Notes: a model not told the origin generated them from the sequence alone. Positions 27,135 through 37,538 are shown, counted from the stretch's first letter. The stretch is DNA of 64,000 nt from Saccharofermentans sp. (GCA_024403855.1 JAKSRC010000008.1:4584-68583), one strand, 5' to 3'. Numbers and translations are program-made.

Positions 27135-28502
27135 ATGGCTACTAATAACTATTCGAAAATCACACCTGAGATTACGCGCCTTGCGCAAATCTGCCAGAAT
27201 AACGTCATAAATCCAGAGCTCTACACCACCTATGATGTCAAGCGCGGCCTAAGAGACATTAATGGTAAAGGAGTTCTGACAGGACTTACCCGGATTTCTG
27301 AAGTCAACGCCACTAAAATGGTTGACGGTAAGAGCGTTCCTGCACCGGGCGAATTATTCTATCGTGGAATCAACGTAAAAGACTTGATCAATGGACAAGG
27401 AGAAGACATGCATTGTGGTTTTGAAGAGACCACTTACCTTCTTCTTTTCGGAAAGCTCCCAACAAAAGAGGAGTTAACTTCTTTCCGCGAATTACTTGCT
27501 GATTCAAGGTCAAAAACACCTAAGAACTTTTTCAGAGATGTAATCATGCAGAAGCCGTCTTCTGACCTCATGAACAACATTCAAAGAGGTGTTCTTAATC
27601 TTTATGCATATGACACACAGGCTTCTGATATTTCTATTCCGAATGTTTTAAGACAATCTTTGGAACTTATATCACTCTTCCCCAGCCTTGCAGTTCACAG
27701 CTACAACGCTATGAGATACTATCTGGATCGCGATTCACTCGTAGTCCACAGACCAAGGCCGGATCTATCTACAGCAGAGAATTTCCTCTATATGCTCAGA
27801 CCGGACAACAAATTCACTCCGCTCGAAGCAAAGATTCTGGATGTATCTCTCATGCTCCACGCTGAGCATGGTGGCGGTAATAACTCAACATTCACTACGC
27901 ATGTAGTAACAAGCTCCGGCACAGATACATATGCTGCAGTCGTAGCTGCCCTTAGTTCTCTTAAGGGACCCAAGCACGGCGGTGCGAACATCATGGTCGT
28001 TAAGATGTTCAAGGAACTCGAAAAGAATATTTCCGACTGGGAAGACGAAGAAGAAATCTCAGCATATCTTGGAAAGCTCCTTCATAAGGAAGCATTTGAC
28101 CGTACCGGTGTAATTTACGGTATGGGACATGCTATTTATTCGGTATCCGATCCCAGAGCCCAGATTTTCAAGGGTTATGTCAAAGATCTCTCAGCAGAAA
28201 AGGGACGAACAAAGGAATTCGAATTCTACGAAAGAGTCGAAAAGCTTTCAGCAGAGCTTATTGCAGCAGAGCGCCGTATTTATAAGGGCGTTTCAGCAAA
28301 CATTGATTTTTATAGCGGTTTTGTATATTCAATGTTGGGAATTCCGCTTGAGCTCTACACTCCCCTCTTTGCTATCGCAAGAATTTCAGGCTGGTCAGCA
28401 CACAGAATCGAAGAGCTGAACGGAAAAGGAAAGATTATCCGTCCTGCTTATAAGAGTGTCCAGCCCAGAATGGAGTACCATTCAATAGATGAACGTGAAT
28501 AA
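27135..28502 (+). CDS. citrate synthase (citrate/2-methylcitrate synthase family)
   Basis: 455 aa. Shows LHAEHGGGNNSTF and the signature GMGHAIYSVSDPR. Confidence 0.85.
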   Translation: MATNNYSKITPEITRLAQICQNNVINPELYTTYDVKRGLRDINGKGVLTGLTRISEVNATKMVDGKSVPAPGELFYRGINVKDLINGQGEDMHCGFEETTYLLLFGKLPTKEELTSFRELLADSRSKTPKNFFRDVIMQKPSSDLMNNIQRGVLNLYAYDTQASDISIPNVLRQSLELISLFPSLAVHSYNAMRYYLDRDSLVVHRPRPDLSTAENFLYMLRPDNKFTPLEAKILDVSLMLHAEHGGGNNSTFTTHVVTSSGTDTYAAVVAALSSLKGPKHGGANIMVVKMFKELEKNISDWEDEEEISAYLGKLLHKEAFDRTGVIYGMGHAIYSVSDPRAQIFKGYVKDLSAEKGRTKEFEFYERVEKLSAELIAAERRIYKGVSANIDFYSGFVYSMLGIPLELYTPLFAIARISGWSAHRIEELNGKGKIIRPAYKSVQPRMEYHSIDERE

Positions 28503-29220
28503 AAGCATTTCTGTTACATTGTCTGTTGCCCTGATTGGAAGCATCCTTCTCACAGGATGTGACAAGGAGACACTTTTCGGCAAAGATCCGGTGTTAGCTA
28601 CCGCTTCTGTCGAAAGCGAAATGACGACAATGCAAGAAAGCGAGACTAGACCTACCTACAAGAAAACCATAGTCAATCACGGTCACTCCATATCTGAAAC
28701 GGAAAGAAAGCGTCCTCTTGAGATAAGACGCTCAAATACCGTATTAACCAATGAGGAACAGGCCAGAGATTACCTCGATAACAGCATCAAGCTGAAGAAC
28801 AAGGAATTATCCTTCGTTCTGACAGATACATCTGATGACGATCCCGGTGCTTTCATGTGGTATCAGTACACTGTTTTCCGCAATGAAATCGAGATTACAA
28901 ATGCCAAATTCTTCGTAATCGCTTTCTATGACGGAACGATTTGCGAAGGAAAATCAGACATCAAGTCATGCACATTTGCAGATCCTAAGGATGTTTTGTC
29001 ACCCGAAGATGCTCTTGCGAAATATATCGAGACAAATAACGATGACACATCTTATAAATTCACGAAGATCTTCTATAACTTTACCGGTAAGAGCAAAGAA
29101 AAATGCACTCTCCAGTACAGCTACAGGCACGAAGCAAAATCTCCGACCGATAGTTTTACCCTGTATCTCAATGCAAATACCGGAGAATTTATCGGAATCA
29201 CACCTGACGCGATTAACTAA
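28489..29220 (+). CDS. hypothetical lipoprotein
   Basis: The signal peptide has the lipobox LLTGC. It overlaps the citrate synthase stop by 14 nt. No other motif recognised. Confidence 0.6.
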   Translation: MNVNKSISVTLSVALIGSILLTGCDKETLFGKDPVLATASVESEMTTMQESETRPTYKKTIVNHGHSISETERKRPLEIRRSNTVLTNEEQARDYLDNSIKLKNKELSFVLTDTSDDDPGAFMWYQYTVFRNEIEITNAKFFVIAFYDGTICEGKSDIKSCTFADPKDVLSPEDALAKYIETNNDDTSYKFTKIFYNFTGKSKEKCTLQYSYRHEAKSPTDSFTLYLNANTGEFIGITPDAIN

Positions 29221-29223
29221 AAA

Positions 29224-29248
29224 AGGCGACCATTTAGGTCGCCTTCTT
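29224..29248. terminator. bidirectional intrinsic terminator between convergent genes
   Basis: AGGCGACC / GGTCGCCT form an 8-bp stem. A T-run follows on the minus strand (TTTTT) and a weaker TCTTC on the plus strand. Confidence 0.75.
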
Positions 29249-29286
29249 CATAACATAAAAGGTTGTTTTCTTAGTTGCCTGAGCGA

Positions 29287-29550
29287 TTAAGCCTTAGCGT
29301 CATCGTCAACCTTTCCGAAAAGGTTAAGTCTGAAAAGCATTGCTTCATCATCAGGATCAGAGCAGGAAATCTTTGCGTTGCAAACGATACCACCCTCAAT
29401 AAGCTTCATGATGCCTGTAATCTGGCTGAGCTTGCTCTTAAGGTTAAAACGGTCGCCTTCATCAGTAAGAAGGATTACGTTTCCCTTGCACTCGTCGAGT
29501 GCCTTCATAAGTGTAGCGACATCAATGTTATCTAAGTAAAATGCTTTCAT
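29287..29550 (-). CDS. hypothetical small protein (87 aa)
   Basis: I used the internal ATG at 29548-29550, which has an AGGAGGT Shine-Dalgarno site. The longer track ORF has no SD. No motif recognised. Confidence 0.6.
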   Translation of the reverse strand: MKAFYLDNIDVATLMKALDECKGNVILLTDEGDRFNLKSKLSQITGIMKLIEGGIVCNAKISCSDPDDEAMLFRLNLFGKVDDDAKA

Positions 29551-29781
29551 TATGTAATACCTCCTGAGTATTATTTGTTTATTTATTGTCCTTTTACTAT
29601 CCCCAAAGGCTTTCCCTTTGGACAGCCTAATGTTACACATCCTCTCAATTTCAAGCAATGGACTTCTCATACATATTGCATAACACAAAGACTCTGTTTT
29701 TGTGTATATTGCACAATAACAGAGTCTTATAATTGGTTATTAAGTTTTTGCCTATGGCTGCGACTGCAGCACTTTTAGCAA

Positions 29782-31050
29782 TTACTCACTAATAAGCTTG
29801 CTTGCAAACTTAGTATTATTGAGAGTAATAAAGTAGTCATTAAGAGTCTGTGCTCTTCTGATCTCCTCTACAGATCCGTCTTCCTTCAGCAAAAGTTCTG
29901 CTGACCAGAGTCTTCCGTTGTAGTTGTAACCCATAGCAAATCCATGAGCACCTGTATCGTGGATAGCAAGGTAATCACCCATATCGATCTTAGGGAGCAT
30001 TCTGTCTATTGCAAACTTATCGTTGTTCTCGCAAAGGCTTCCTGTGACATCGTACTTGTGATCACAAGGCTCATTCTCCTTACCCAATACTGTGATGTGG
30101 TGATAAGCACCATACATAGCAGGTCTCATAAGGTTAGAAGCACAAGCATCAACGCCGATATATTCCTTGTAGATATGCTTCTCATGGATAGCCTGAGTAA
30201 CAAGCATTCCGTAAGGAGCGAGCATGAATCTGCCCATCTCAGTATAAATAGCAACATCATTCATACCTGCAGGAACAAGGATCTTCTCGTACTGCTGTCT
30301 TACACCTTCACCGATTGCCATGATATCGTTCTGTACATCGTCAGGTCTGTAACCTACACCTACACCACCGGAAAGGTTGATGAATGCGAACTCGATTCCG
30401 ACCTTTTCAGCGATCTCTACTACAAGCTCGAAAAGCTGGCCTGCGAGAGTCGGATAGTACTCATTAGTAACAGTATTGCTTGCAAGGAATGCGTGAATAC
30501 CGAACTTCTTAACGCCATGAGCTTTCATCTGTGTATAAGCTTCGATGAGCTGCTCTTTTGTCATACCATACTTGGAATCACCGGGATTATCCATGATTCC
30601 GTTGCTCAATGTGAATACTCCGCCCGGATTATAACGGCATGACATAACTTCAGGGAACTCAGGTCCTAAGATCTGCTCCAAGAAAGGAATGTGTGTAATA
30701 TCATCAAGGTTAATGATTCCACCGAGATTAGCACAAAGTGCGTATTCTCTTGCAGGTGTATCGTTGGAGGAGAACATGATAGGACCTCCAACTGCATCAG
30801 CGAGAACAAGCTCTGCCTCAGAAGAACAGTCAAAACCGAAACCATAATCCTTCAAAATCTCCATAAGATACGGATTAGGTGTTGCCTTTACAGCAAAGAA
30901 CTCGTTAAAGCCCTTATTCCATGCAAATGCTTCCTTGATACGCTTACAATTCTCACGGATACCCTTCTCATCGTAAATATGAAAAGGTGTCGGATGTGTT
31001 TTTACAATTTCTTCAATCTGGCTCTTGGTTACAAAAGGAGTCTTTCCCAT
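29782..31050 (-). CDS. lysA: type III PLP-dependent decarboxylase, most likely diaminopimelate decarboxylase
   Basis: The PLP-lysine motif FAVKATPN and glycine-rich LSGGVGVGY are present. The C-terminal beta-domain shows CENNDKF. Confidence 0.7.
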   Translation of the reverse strand: MGKTPFVTKSQIEEIVKTHPTPFHIYDEKGIRENCKRIKEAFAWNKGFNEFFAVKATPNPYLMEILKDYGFGFDCSSEAELVLADAVGGPIMFSSNDTPAREYALCANLGGIINLDDITHIPFLEQILGPEFPEVMSCRYNPGGVFTLSNGIMDNPGDSKYGMTKEQLIEAYTQMKAHGVKKFGIHAFLASNTVTNEYYPTLAGQLFELVVEIAEKVGIEFAFINLSGGVGVGYRPDDVQNDIMAIGEGVRQQYEKILVPAGMNDVAIYTEMGRFMLAPYGMLVTQAIHEKHIYKEYIGVDACASNLMRPAMYGAYHHITVLGKENEPCDHKYDVTGSLCENNDKFAIDRMLPKIDMGDYLAIHDTGAHGFAMGYNYNGRLWSAELLLKEDGSVEEIRRAQTLNDYFITLNNTKFASKLISE

Positions 31051-31188
31051 AACAATATCCTCGCAAAAAACATTATGAGGTAAATTAACATTTTATTAGA
31101 CAAATTACAAGCAATTTGTGCTATATTTACTTCCTAATAAGTGACTGTTTTGTCCTTATTTATATTGAGTCATAAGGGAGGATTTAAT

Positions 31189-31443
31189 ATGGACATCAAT
31201 AATATTCCGGAAGAATATCGTCCGATTTCAATGTGGGGTTACTTCGGTTATGAGATCTTATTCTCTATCCCTGTAATCGGCTTTATCTGTCTCATTGTCT
31301 TTTCGCTCGGCGCAAAGAACGTCAACAAGAAGAATTTTGCAAGATCGCACTTCTGTTACACGATCATTGTATGCCTCATCTCATTGATTATCTTTGCAGT
31401 AGCAATGCTTACCGGAGCAATTTCTTCACTGACAGGTAATTAA
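31189..31443 (+). CDS. hypothetical small membrane protein (84 aa, 2 TM)
   Basis: The ATG at 31189 follows a GGGAGG Shine-Dalgarno site. The track start at 31141 is GTG with no SD. Confidence 0.6.
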   Translation: MDINNIPEEYRPISMWGYFGYEILFSIPVIGFICLIVFSLGAKNVNKKNFARSHFCYTIIVCLISLIIFAVAMLTGAISSLTGN

Positions 31444-33296
31444 TCTTCTTCAAGAACAGTTTCGACACTGACATCGTCATCAAAGCTATCGGTTATTCCA
31501 TAACCGGTATTTGGTACGAAGGCAGAGTAAATGAAATCAGTAAACATTATCAACAGGATGGTCACTGCCATTGGCAAAAGGACCTTCCTGTTTATTTTTC
31601 TGATGACATTATCAAGAAGCGGCGCGAGCACGTAGATGAAAGCAAGGCCACAAACGCCGAATACAAATAATCCTTCTGCGCAAACTCTTCCGTGGATATT
31701 CAGGAAATAACCGCTGTAATCCCAGTACTTCATATGGAAGAATGTCTCAAGCATCCAGGCAGCAAAGTATTCAAGAATTCCGCAGGAGATGATAGTCGTG
31801 AAGAAAAACAGTACCGGCTTATGGCGCACACGCTTAAGCAGCAAAAGGATAATGAGTCCGCCGCAACCATAGATCGGAAGCCATGGTCCATGCGCAAAAC
31901 CTCTGTTAATAAGCTGTCCCTTCATAAGGAAATAATAGAAAACTTCCCAAAGCCAGCCAAAAGCCGAAAAGATGAAGAACAGCATCGCAAGCGAAGACAA
32001 AGAGTAGTTTCTCAAATAATGGATATCTTCCAAAGCCTTGATCTTGCGCTTTTCGGGTATCGGAGACAGTCTTGAAGGATATACAAGTCCGGATGCTTCC
32101 TTCTTATGAGCCAGAAGCTTAACCCTCTGTGCCTGTCTGTCCTCATATTCAATTTCTTCTTTGCTGTTCCAAAGGATAATGCCGAAGTTCTTAGCAAAGA
32201 ACTTCTCTTTTCTTCCCTCGATATGGTCAAGCGCATGCTTTGGCTTTTCGAGCTCTTCAAGAACATCGGAATATACCTCGCTCAGCTGATTTGAATCGGC
32301 TCTTACGAAAAGATATGTATCGTTAAGGAGTTCTTCGCCGGGAAGTTTTCTTTCCTTATAATGATTTCTGATTTTTGCGTAAAACTCCGAATAGCAGCAG
32401 ATCATATAAGGGTTCGCGAAAAAGATATTCGTCAGACCTGCAGTAAAAGATCCGAGAAAATACCATCCCATAAAGCTGAGACTTAAGAGGAAAAGTCTCC
32501 ATTTGTTGCCCCTCATCATTCTCCAGGAAAGCTTGGCAGCCTCTAAAGGCTTGATATCAGGGTTCTCAGCAATGATGTAAGGCATCAGGAAGAATCCGTA
32601 ATGCAAAATCGGATAACCGATTACAGTTATGCCGCCTAAGATATCTATTACCGTCCTTAAAGCCATAGTAAAGCCGGCATTAAACCACTTTCTTACTCTT
32701 ATGAAGTGAAGATATCTTGAGAAAGGCACTCTCTGATAAGTTCTGCCTTCAAGGAAGATTCGGCGATTTACAGCTATATAAACGTTACGGACAAAGAGCC
32801 AGAGGAATCCTGCAATCAAAGTAAGGAGAATTATCAGAATCAACTCTCCTATGCTTCCGTATTCCATAAACTGGATTATGATCGAGTAAAAATTCGATAC
32901 CAAGCTGTCTTCCGCAAAGTAATTGATAATTACATTAAGCGTTCCCTTGGTTCTTCCGAAAAACTTATCAGCCTTCTGATTCTCGAATGTTCTGCTATAC
33001 AAAAATTTCTCGACGCCTATATAAAGAGAATCGGCATCCTGGTCGATGGTCTTGTATATGTCTTCGATCTTCCTTACATCTTCAGCACCTGTAAGTTCAG
33101 AAACAGCATTTATCGTGTCCTGAACAGCCTGACGTCTCACTGAAATCAGGTTATCTGTTGTTATAAACTCAGCCTGGATAATGAGGGCGAAAAGACACGC
33201 TACTACATACATCATGTAATGATGCTTAAGATTACGCTTCGCTGCGTGCTTCAGTTCTCTAAATGAGAAAGAAAATTTATCTTTAGTCTTTTCCAT
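31440..33296 (-). CDS. polytopic membrane protein, fusion of a DUF975-like N-terminal half and a PF06541-like (putative ABC-transporter type IV) C-terminal half
   Basis: The start is taken at MEKTKDKF (ATG 33294-33296). The C-terminal half contains GPWLPIYGCGGLII, which I recall as the hallmark of PF06541. The N-terminal assignment rests on overall architecture only. Confidence 0.55.
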   Translation of the reverse strand: MEKTKDKFSFSFRELKHAAKRNLKHHYMMYVVACLFALIIQAEFITTDNLISVRRQAVQDTINAVSELTGAEDVRKIEDIYKTIDQDADSLYIGVEKFLYSRTFENQKADKFFGRTKGTLNVIINYFAEDSLVSNFYSIIIQFMEYGSIGELILIILLTLIAGFLWLFVRNVYIAVNRRIFLEGRTYQRVPFSRYLHFIRVRKWFNAGFTMALRTVIDILGGITVIGYPILHYGFFLMPYIIAENPDIKPLEAAKLSWRMMRGNKWRLFLLSLSFMGWYFLGSFTAGLTNIFFANPYMICCYSEFYAKIRNHYKERKLPGEELLNDTYLFVRADSNQLSEVYSDVLEELEKPKHALDHIEGRKEKFFAKNFGIILWNSKEEIEYEDRQAQRVKLLAHKKEASGLVYPSRLSPIPEKRKIKALEDIHYLRNYSLSSLAMLFFIFSAFGWLWEVFYYFLMKGQLINRGFAHGPWLPIYGCGGLIILLLLKRVRHKPVLFFFTTIISCGILEYFAAWMLETFFHMKYWDYSGYFLNIHGRVCAEGLFVFGVCGLAFIYVLAPLLDNVIRKINRKVLLPMAVTILLIMFTDFIYSAFVPNTGYGITDSFDDDVSVETVLEED

Positions 33297-33444
33297 GGTT
33301 TCACCCCCACGGGAAATTTTAGCAAAGTAAAAGCCTGTTCGAAATATGCGAAAACAAAAAAGTTTTACATTTCCATATGGCAAAACAACCAAAATCTATG
33401 GACAGGCTTGCAATAACGCAAAAGAAGTCCGACGTCCATCATGG

Positions 33445-33450
33445 TATAAT
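33445..33450 (+). promoter_or_regulatory. extended -10 element (TGgTATAAT) upstream of the 33508 gene
   Basis: TG at 33442-33443 precedes TATAAT at 33445-33450. There is no good -35. Confidence 0.4.
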
Positions 33451-33507
33451 GGTTATCATTTATAAGGAGACCGGTAAGCTTTAGCATATCTTAAGCTTTA
33501 TCTATTC

Positions 33508-35058
33508 ATGAAGACTTCGGAACTTACAGTTAAAGATACAAAGAACAAACTCGAATATGCCCTTCTGATCTTGGCGGCAGTAATTACAATAACTTCTGTT
33601 TCAACTTCTTCTCCCCTTTATCCTTTTAATCCCTGGGACGATGCCAACTGCTTTTTCACATTAGGTCGTGGCATCACTCACGGTCTTGTTCCTTACAAGG
33701 ATCTCTACGAACAAAAAGGTCCTCTTCTTTATTTCCTTTATGCACTTGCTGCGCTGATTTCTGATAAATCCTTTATCGGTGGCTGGATATTAGAGTGCAT
33801 TATGGCATCTTTGTTTGCAGTATTCTCATGGAAGATCACGAAGCTTTTCGTCAATACTGAGAAGTATCAGATAGCCGTTATGCCCCTCATAATCGCTTTA
33901 ACTTATACATCCAGATTATTCAACTTCGGTGGCAATGCCGAAGAGCTCTGTTTCCCACTTCTTACTATCGCTTTGTACTTCGGATTAAAAGCAATCAAAG
34001 AAGGCAACGGACTTCCCAAAAAGTCAGAGGCTTTCATCTGCGGCATTATCCTCGGATGCCTTTTCTGGATCAAGTACACCTTCATAGGATTTATGTTAGG
34101 CTTTTGCATCTATATTCTTATTCTTGCGATTAAGCAGAAGAATTTCGCCTACCTCTGGGCACTCATCTGGAGATTCATCCTCGGTTTCGTGGTTCTTTCA
34201 GCTCCAATCCTGGTATATTTCCTTGCCAACAACGCTTTATCAAGCTTATGGGAAGCATATTTCTACAACAATATGTTCCTTTATCATGCAAACGCTAATG
34301 TACCCGGACTTGCTTCAGTCCCTGTAATTAACAGAATTTATATACCTGTCAGTTCAATCGTCAGAATGGGCATCAAATATCCTAAGTTTGGTGTAATGCT
34401 TTTGCTGTCCATAGTTTCTGTTTTCTTCGTCGAAAAGAAGTACCGCAAGAAGACATTGCTTTTATTCTTTGCGACCTTCGCTTTAACGCTCGCAACGACC
34501 TTTACCAAAACATCTTTCATTTACTATTACGCATATATCTGTGCCTGCTATTTTGGCTTAGTAGCACTTCTCATAATCAATGGCATTAACAGATTATCTA
34601 AGTTCTTCGAGCAGAATCCTGGATTCATCAAAGGTCTTATCTCAGTTGTTTTCCTTATCTTCTACGCAGCTACTATATTCTTAAGCAAAAATACATATCT
34701 GATCTTCCAGAAAAAGGATTTCCTGGTTCAGTACAGATATGCAGAAATAATCAATCAGACTCCTGATCCTAAAATCCTTACCTTCGACGTAATGGATGCC
34801 GGTTTCTACACTGCTTCAGGCATCATGCCAACTAACAGATTCTTCTGTTTCCTTAACATCGAATCAAATTATCCGGCTATTCTTGAAGAACAGAACAGAC
34901 TCATCGATGAAGGTTATTACGATTACATCATCACTTCCTATTTCTGCGAAAGTGAATGGGATAATTACACTCTCATCAAAGAAGATACTCACCTCTATAT
35001 CGACTTCACAGGCGAGAAGGGTCTCGACGGATTCAGACTCTACAAAAGAGTAAATTAA
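33508..35058 (+). CDS. GT-C-fold membrane glycosyltransferase-like protein (ArnT/PMT family 39-like)
   Basis: 516 aa with about 11-12 TM segments. The first external loop has an acidic motif (NPWDDAN) and a soluble domain lies at the C-terminus. The family call is by architecture only. Confidence 0.45.
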   Translation: MKTSELTVKDTKNKLEYALLILAAVITITSVSTSSPLYPFNPWDDANCFFTLGRGITHGLVPYKDLYEQKGPLLYFLYALAALISDKSFIGGWILECIMASLFAVFSWKITKLFVNTEKYQIAVMPLIIALTYTSRLFNFGGNAEELCFPLLTIALYFGLKAIKEGNGLPKKSEAFICGIILGCLFWIKYTFIGFMLGFCIYILILAIKQKNFAYLWALIWRFILGFVVLSAPILVYFLANNALSSLWEAYFYNNMFLYHANANVPGLASVPVINRIYIPVSSIVRMGIKYPKFGVMLLLSIVSVFFVEKKYRKKTLLLFFATFALTLATTFTKTSFIYYYAYICACYFGLVALLIINGINRLSKFFEQNPGFIKGLISVVFLIFYAATIFLSKNTYLIFQKKDFLVQYRYAEIINQTPDPKILTFDVMDAGFYTASGIMPTNRFFCFLNIESNYPAILEEQNRLIDEGYYDYIITSYFCESEWDNYTLIKEDTHLYIDFTGEKGLDGFRLYKRVN

Positions 35059-35061
35059 TAA

Positions 35062-35092
35062 TGCCGCAAGCTTAAATTAAGCACTTGCGGCA
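35062..35092. terminator. stem-loop between convergent genes
   Basis: TGCCGCAAG / CTTGCGGCA form a 9-bp stem with a 13-nt loop. Confidence 0.6.
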
Positions 35093-35118
35093 CTAAGTAT
35101 TCCAAATTCAATTAAATC

Positions 35119-36333
35119 TCAGACTACCTGGAAAATATAGAACTTCAGATAATCTGTCTCCGGAACATTCCAAAGAATCGGGTGATCAGGAGCCTGTGTT
35201 CTTGCTTCAATCTGCCTTAAACTTACGCTGGCATCCCTCGCTGCAGCATTAAGCATCTTTCTGAATAATTCATCAGTCATAAAGTGCGAGCAGGAACATG
35301 TCGCAAGATAGCCACCTCTGGGGAGGAGCTTCATTGCCTTAAGATTGATCTCCTTATATCCCCTTCCGGCAGACTCGACAGTCTCTCTTGATTTTGTAAA
35401 TGCCGGCGGATCAAGAATGATGTAATCATATGAATGATCTTTCTTCTCAGAAAGTGATGTCAGGAGCTCGAAAACATCCTCACAGACATAATCAATCTTA
35501 TCCTGGAGATTATTCCTTATAGCATTCGCCTTTGCCATCTCTATCGCCTGAGCTGAGATATCAACGCTTGTTACATGCTTTGCACCGTTATATGCGCAAT
35601 TAAGACCGAAAGAACCTGTGTGAGTGAAACAATCAAGAATATTCTTATCTTTTGCAATACGGGCAGCGGCAAGTCTGTTGTACTTCTGATCAAGGAAGAA
35701 ACCGGTTTTCTGTCCATTCTCAACATCAACGGAGTACTTTACGCCATTTTCTGTTATCTCTGTTATGCAGGAGAAATCCTTGCCACCGTACCATCCCTTG
35801 TAAAGATCAAGACCTTCTTTGGTTCTTAAAGCAAGTTCATTCCTCTCATATATACCCTTAACAGGCTCACCAATCTCAGCAAAAACTGCAAAAAGAGCTT
35901 CATAAATGACGTCTTTATTGAGTTCAACACCAAGACAGGCAATCTCTGTTACAAGAATGTCGCCATATCTGTCGCAGGTAAAACCGGGAATCTGATCTGC
36001 TTCGCCGTGAATAATTCTGCAACACTTGAAGTCATCTCCTGGCATGACAGTCTTTCTATAAGAAACTGCATAAAGGATACGCCTATACCAGAACTTATAA
36101 TCAAATGCATCATTGCTGTTACGGGAAATAATTCTTACTGCAATCTTAGAATTGGAATTATAAAAACCTGCACCCTGCCAGCTTGAACCTTCAAAACAGT
36201 CAACGATTGAACCGTCAGCAATATCACCCTGGAAAGAAATCTCATCCAGGTAAACCCAGGGATGACCATTCTTCAAAGATCTTGCAGCCTTCTGCGAGAT
36301 ACTTACCTTTGGAAATAATCTTTCTTGCTTCAT
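35119..36333 (-). CDS. rlmI: class I SAM-dependent 23S rRNA (cytosine-C5) methyltransferase RlmI-like
   Basis: An N-terminal PUA-like region (NGHPWVY) is followed by SAM motif I DCFTHTGSFG and motif IV ILDPPAF. Confidence 0.8.
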   Translation of the reverse strand: MKQERLFPKVSISQKAARSLKNGHPWVYLDEISFQGDIADGSIVDCFEGSSWQGAGFYNSNSKIAVRIISRNSNDAFDYKFWYRRILYAVSYRKTVMPGDDFKCCRIIHGEADQIPGFTCDRYGDILVTEIACLGVELNKDVIYEALFAVFAEIGEPVKGIYERNELALRTKEGLDLYKGWYGGKDFSCITEITENGVKYSVDVENGQKTGFFLDQKYNRLAAARIAKDKNILDCFTHTGSFGLNCAYNGAKHVTSVDISAQAIEMAKANAIRNNLQDKIDYVCEDVFELLTSLSEKKDHSYDYIILDPPAFTKSRETVESAGRGYKEINLKAMKLLPRGGYLATCSCSHFMTDELFRKMLNAAARDASVSLRQIEARTQAPDHPILWNVPETDYLKFYIFQVV

Positions 36334-36351
36334 TATGAAAGGCTCCTGAAA

Positions 36352-36837
36352 TTAAGCCCAAGCATCCTGAGACTTAGGAGTTCTGATCATTGCAAGAAGG
36401 AGCTGATCTTCAATAAACCACTGATTTGTTGAAGGCTTAAGACGCATTGTAACAAAGCGCTTTGTATCAGCACCGGAAGAAGTAAGTAATACCTTCATTC
36501 TTCCGTCTACCGGTTGGTCATAACCTTTCTCTGCTTCAATCGTATATGGCATAGAAGGTGTGTAATCATTATCCGGGGATGTGCCATTAAAGAAAGAACG
36601 AACGACATAGTCGCCATCGGCCATTCTGTCAGCTAAAAACTGCTTCTGATATGTAGTTACTTCATAAGGACCATTAAGATATTCAAGCATCTCATATGTC
36701 TCTTCTTTATTAACTGTATAGTGCATCATTGCTGCAACAAAAAGTGCTGCTCCGTATTCGGGTTCACTTAAAGATGCGATAGGAAGCGCCTTGAGCTCAT
36801 TGATGTTCTCAGGAAGCTTATCAAATGTAATAGTCAT
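36352..36837 (-). CDS. hypothetical protein (161 aa)
   Basis: An ORF with an AGGAGGATG-type Shine-Dalgarno site. No motif recognised. Confidence 0.55.
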   Translation of the reverse strand: MTITFDKLPENINELKALPIASLSEPEYGAALFVAAMMHYTVNKEETYEMLEYLNGPYEVTTYQKQFLADRMADGDYVVRSFFNGTSPDNDYTPSMPYTIEAEKGYDQPVDGRMKVLLTSSGADTKRFVTMRLKPSTNQWFIEDQLLLAMIRTPKSQDAWA

Positions 36838-36956
36838 ATAAACATCCTCCTTATGTAATAGCCGGAATGCGACTTTTAAGATTATAACATTAAGGCAAGA
36901 GTATTCGCCTATAAGTTAGCGAAAACCCTGCCTTAATGAATACGGAGATTAAATAA

Positions 36957-37538
36957 TCAAACTGCGCTTCTGTCTTCAGAAGGGATATCGTATACAGTAA
37001 GCACAGAATCAAAGGCTTTCACTATCTTCTTAACCTTATCGCTACCCATGCTGTAAGTACTGCATACATAATTAACTGACTTCTTCTCATAGCAGCAAAG
37101 GATTACGACACAGGCATTCTCTATGCTCGCATTCATGAGGTAATCCACCTTCTGCCAGAATGATCCAGGTAATATCTTCGTCTCTACAGATCTGGTATCA
37201 ACAGGTAAAAGCTTAATGCCCAAAAATTCTGCGTAAAATTCGCTTATGAGATTACAAGCCTTGCTGATATAGCGCCTGATAGTCCTGTGAGTATAGAAAG
37301 TCATATCGGCAATCGCCTGCTCAGAACATCTCGACTGGAGATATCTCGCTGCCACCATATACTCATATTCCTTCATATGTGCAGAAGCATATTCCAGTGC
37401 ACTGAAAATATTCTCTCTGATTCTAGTGTATATTACGGCATGGTCAGCAAAGCCCTTATCAGCAAGCTCCCTTACCGCCTTATCAATCATATTAGCTCTT
37501 CTAAAAATGTCCTTTACCGTACAATTAAACTCAACCAT
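36957..37538 (-). CDS. hypothetical protein with a possible HTH (sigma region-4-like) segment
   Basis: The start is taken at MVEFNC (ATG 37536-37538), 8 nt downstream of an AGGAG site. The segment QAIADMTFYTHRTIRRYISKACNLI looks like a helix-turn-helix. Confidence 0.45.
   Translation of the reverse strand: MVEFNCTVKDIFRRANMIDKAVRELADKGFADHAVIYTRIRENIFSALEYASAHMKEYEYMVAARYLQSRCSEQAIADMTFYTHRTIRRYISKACNLISEFYAEFLGIKLLPVDTRSVETKILPGSFWQKVDYLMNASIENACVVILCCYEKKSVNYVCSTYSMGSDKVKKIVKAFDSVLTVYDIPSEDRSAV

Noticed and set aside
31051-31188. I looked for a lysine riboswitch (L-box) upstream of lysA, and more generally for T-box or riboswitch leaders upstream of nadE, proC and the citrate synthase gene.
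   Set aside because: The available leaders are too short (about 80-140 bp, shared with divergent promoters). I saw none of the conserved helices or boxes.
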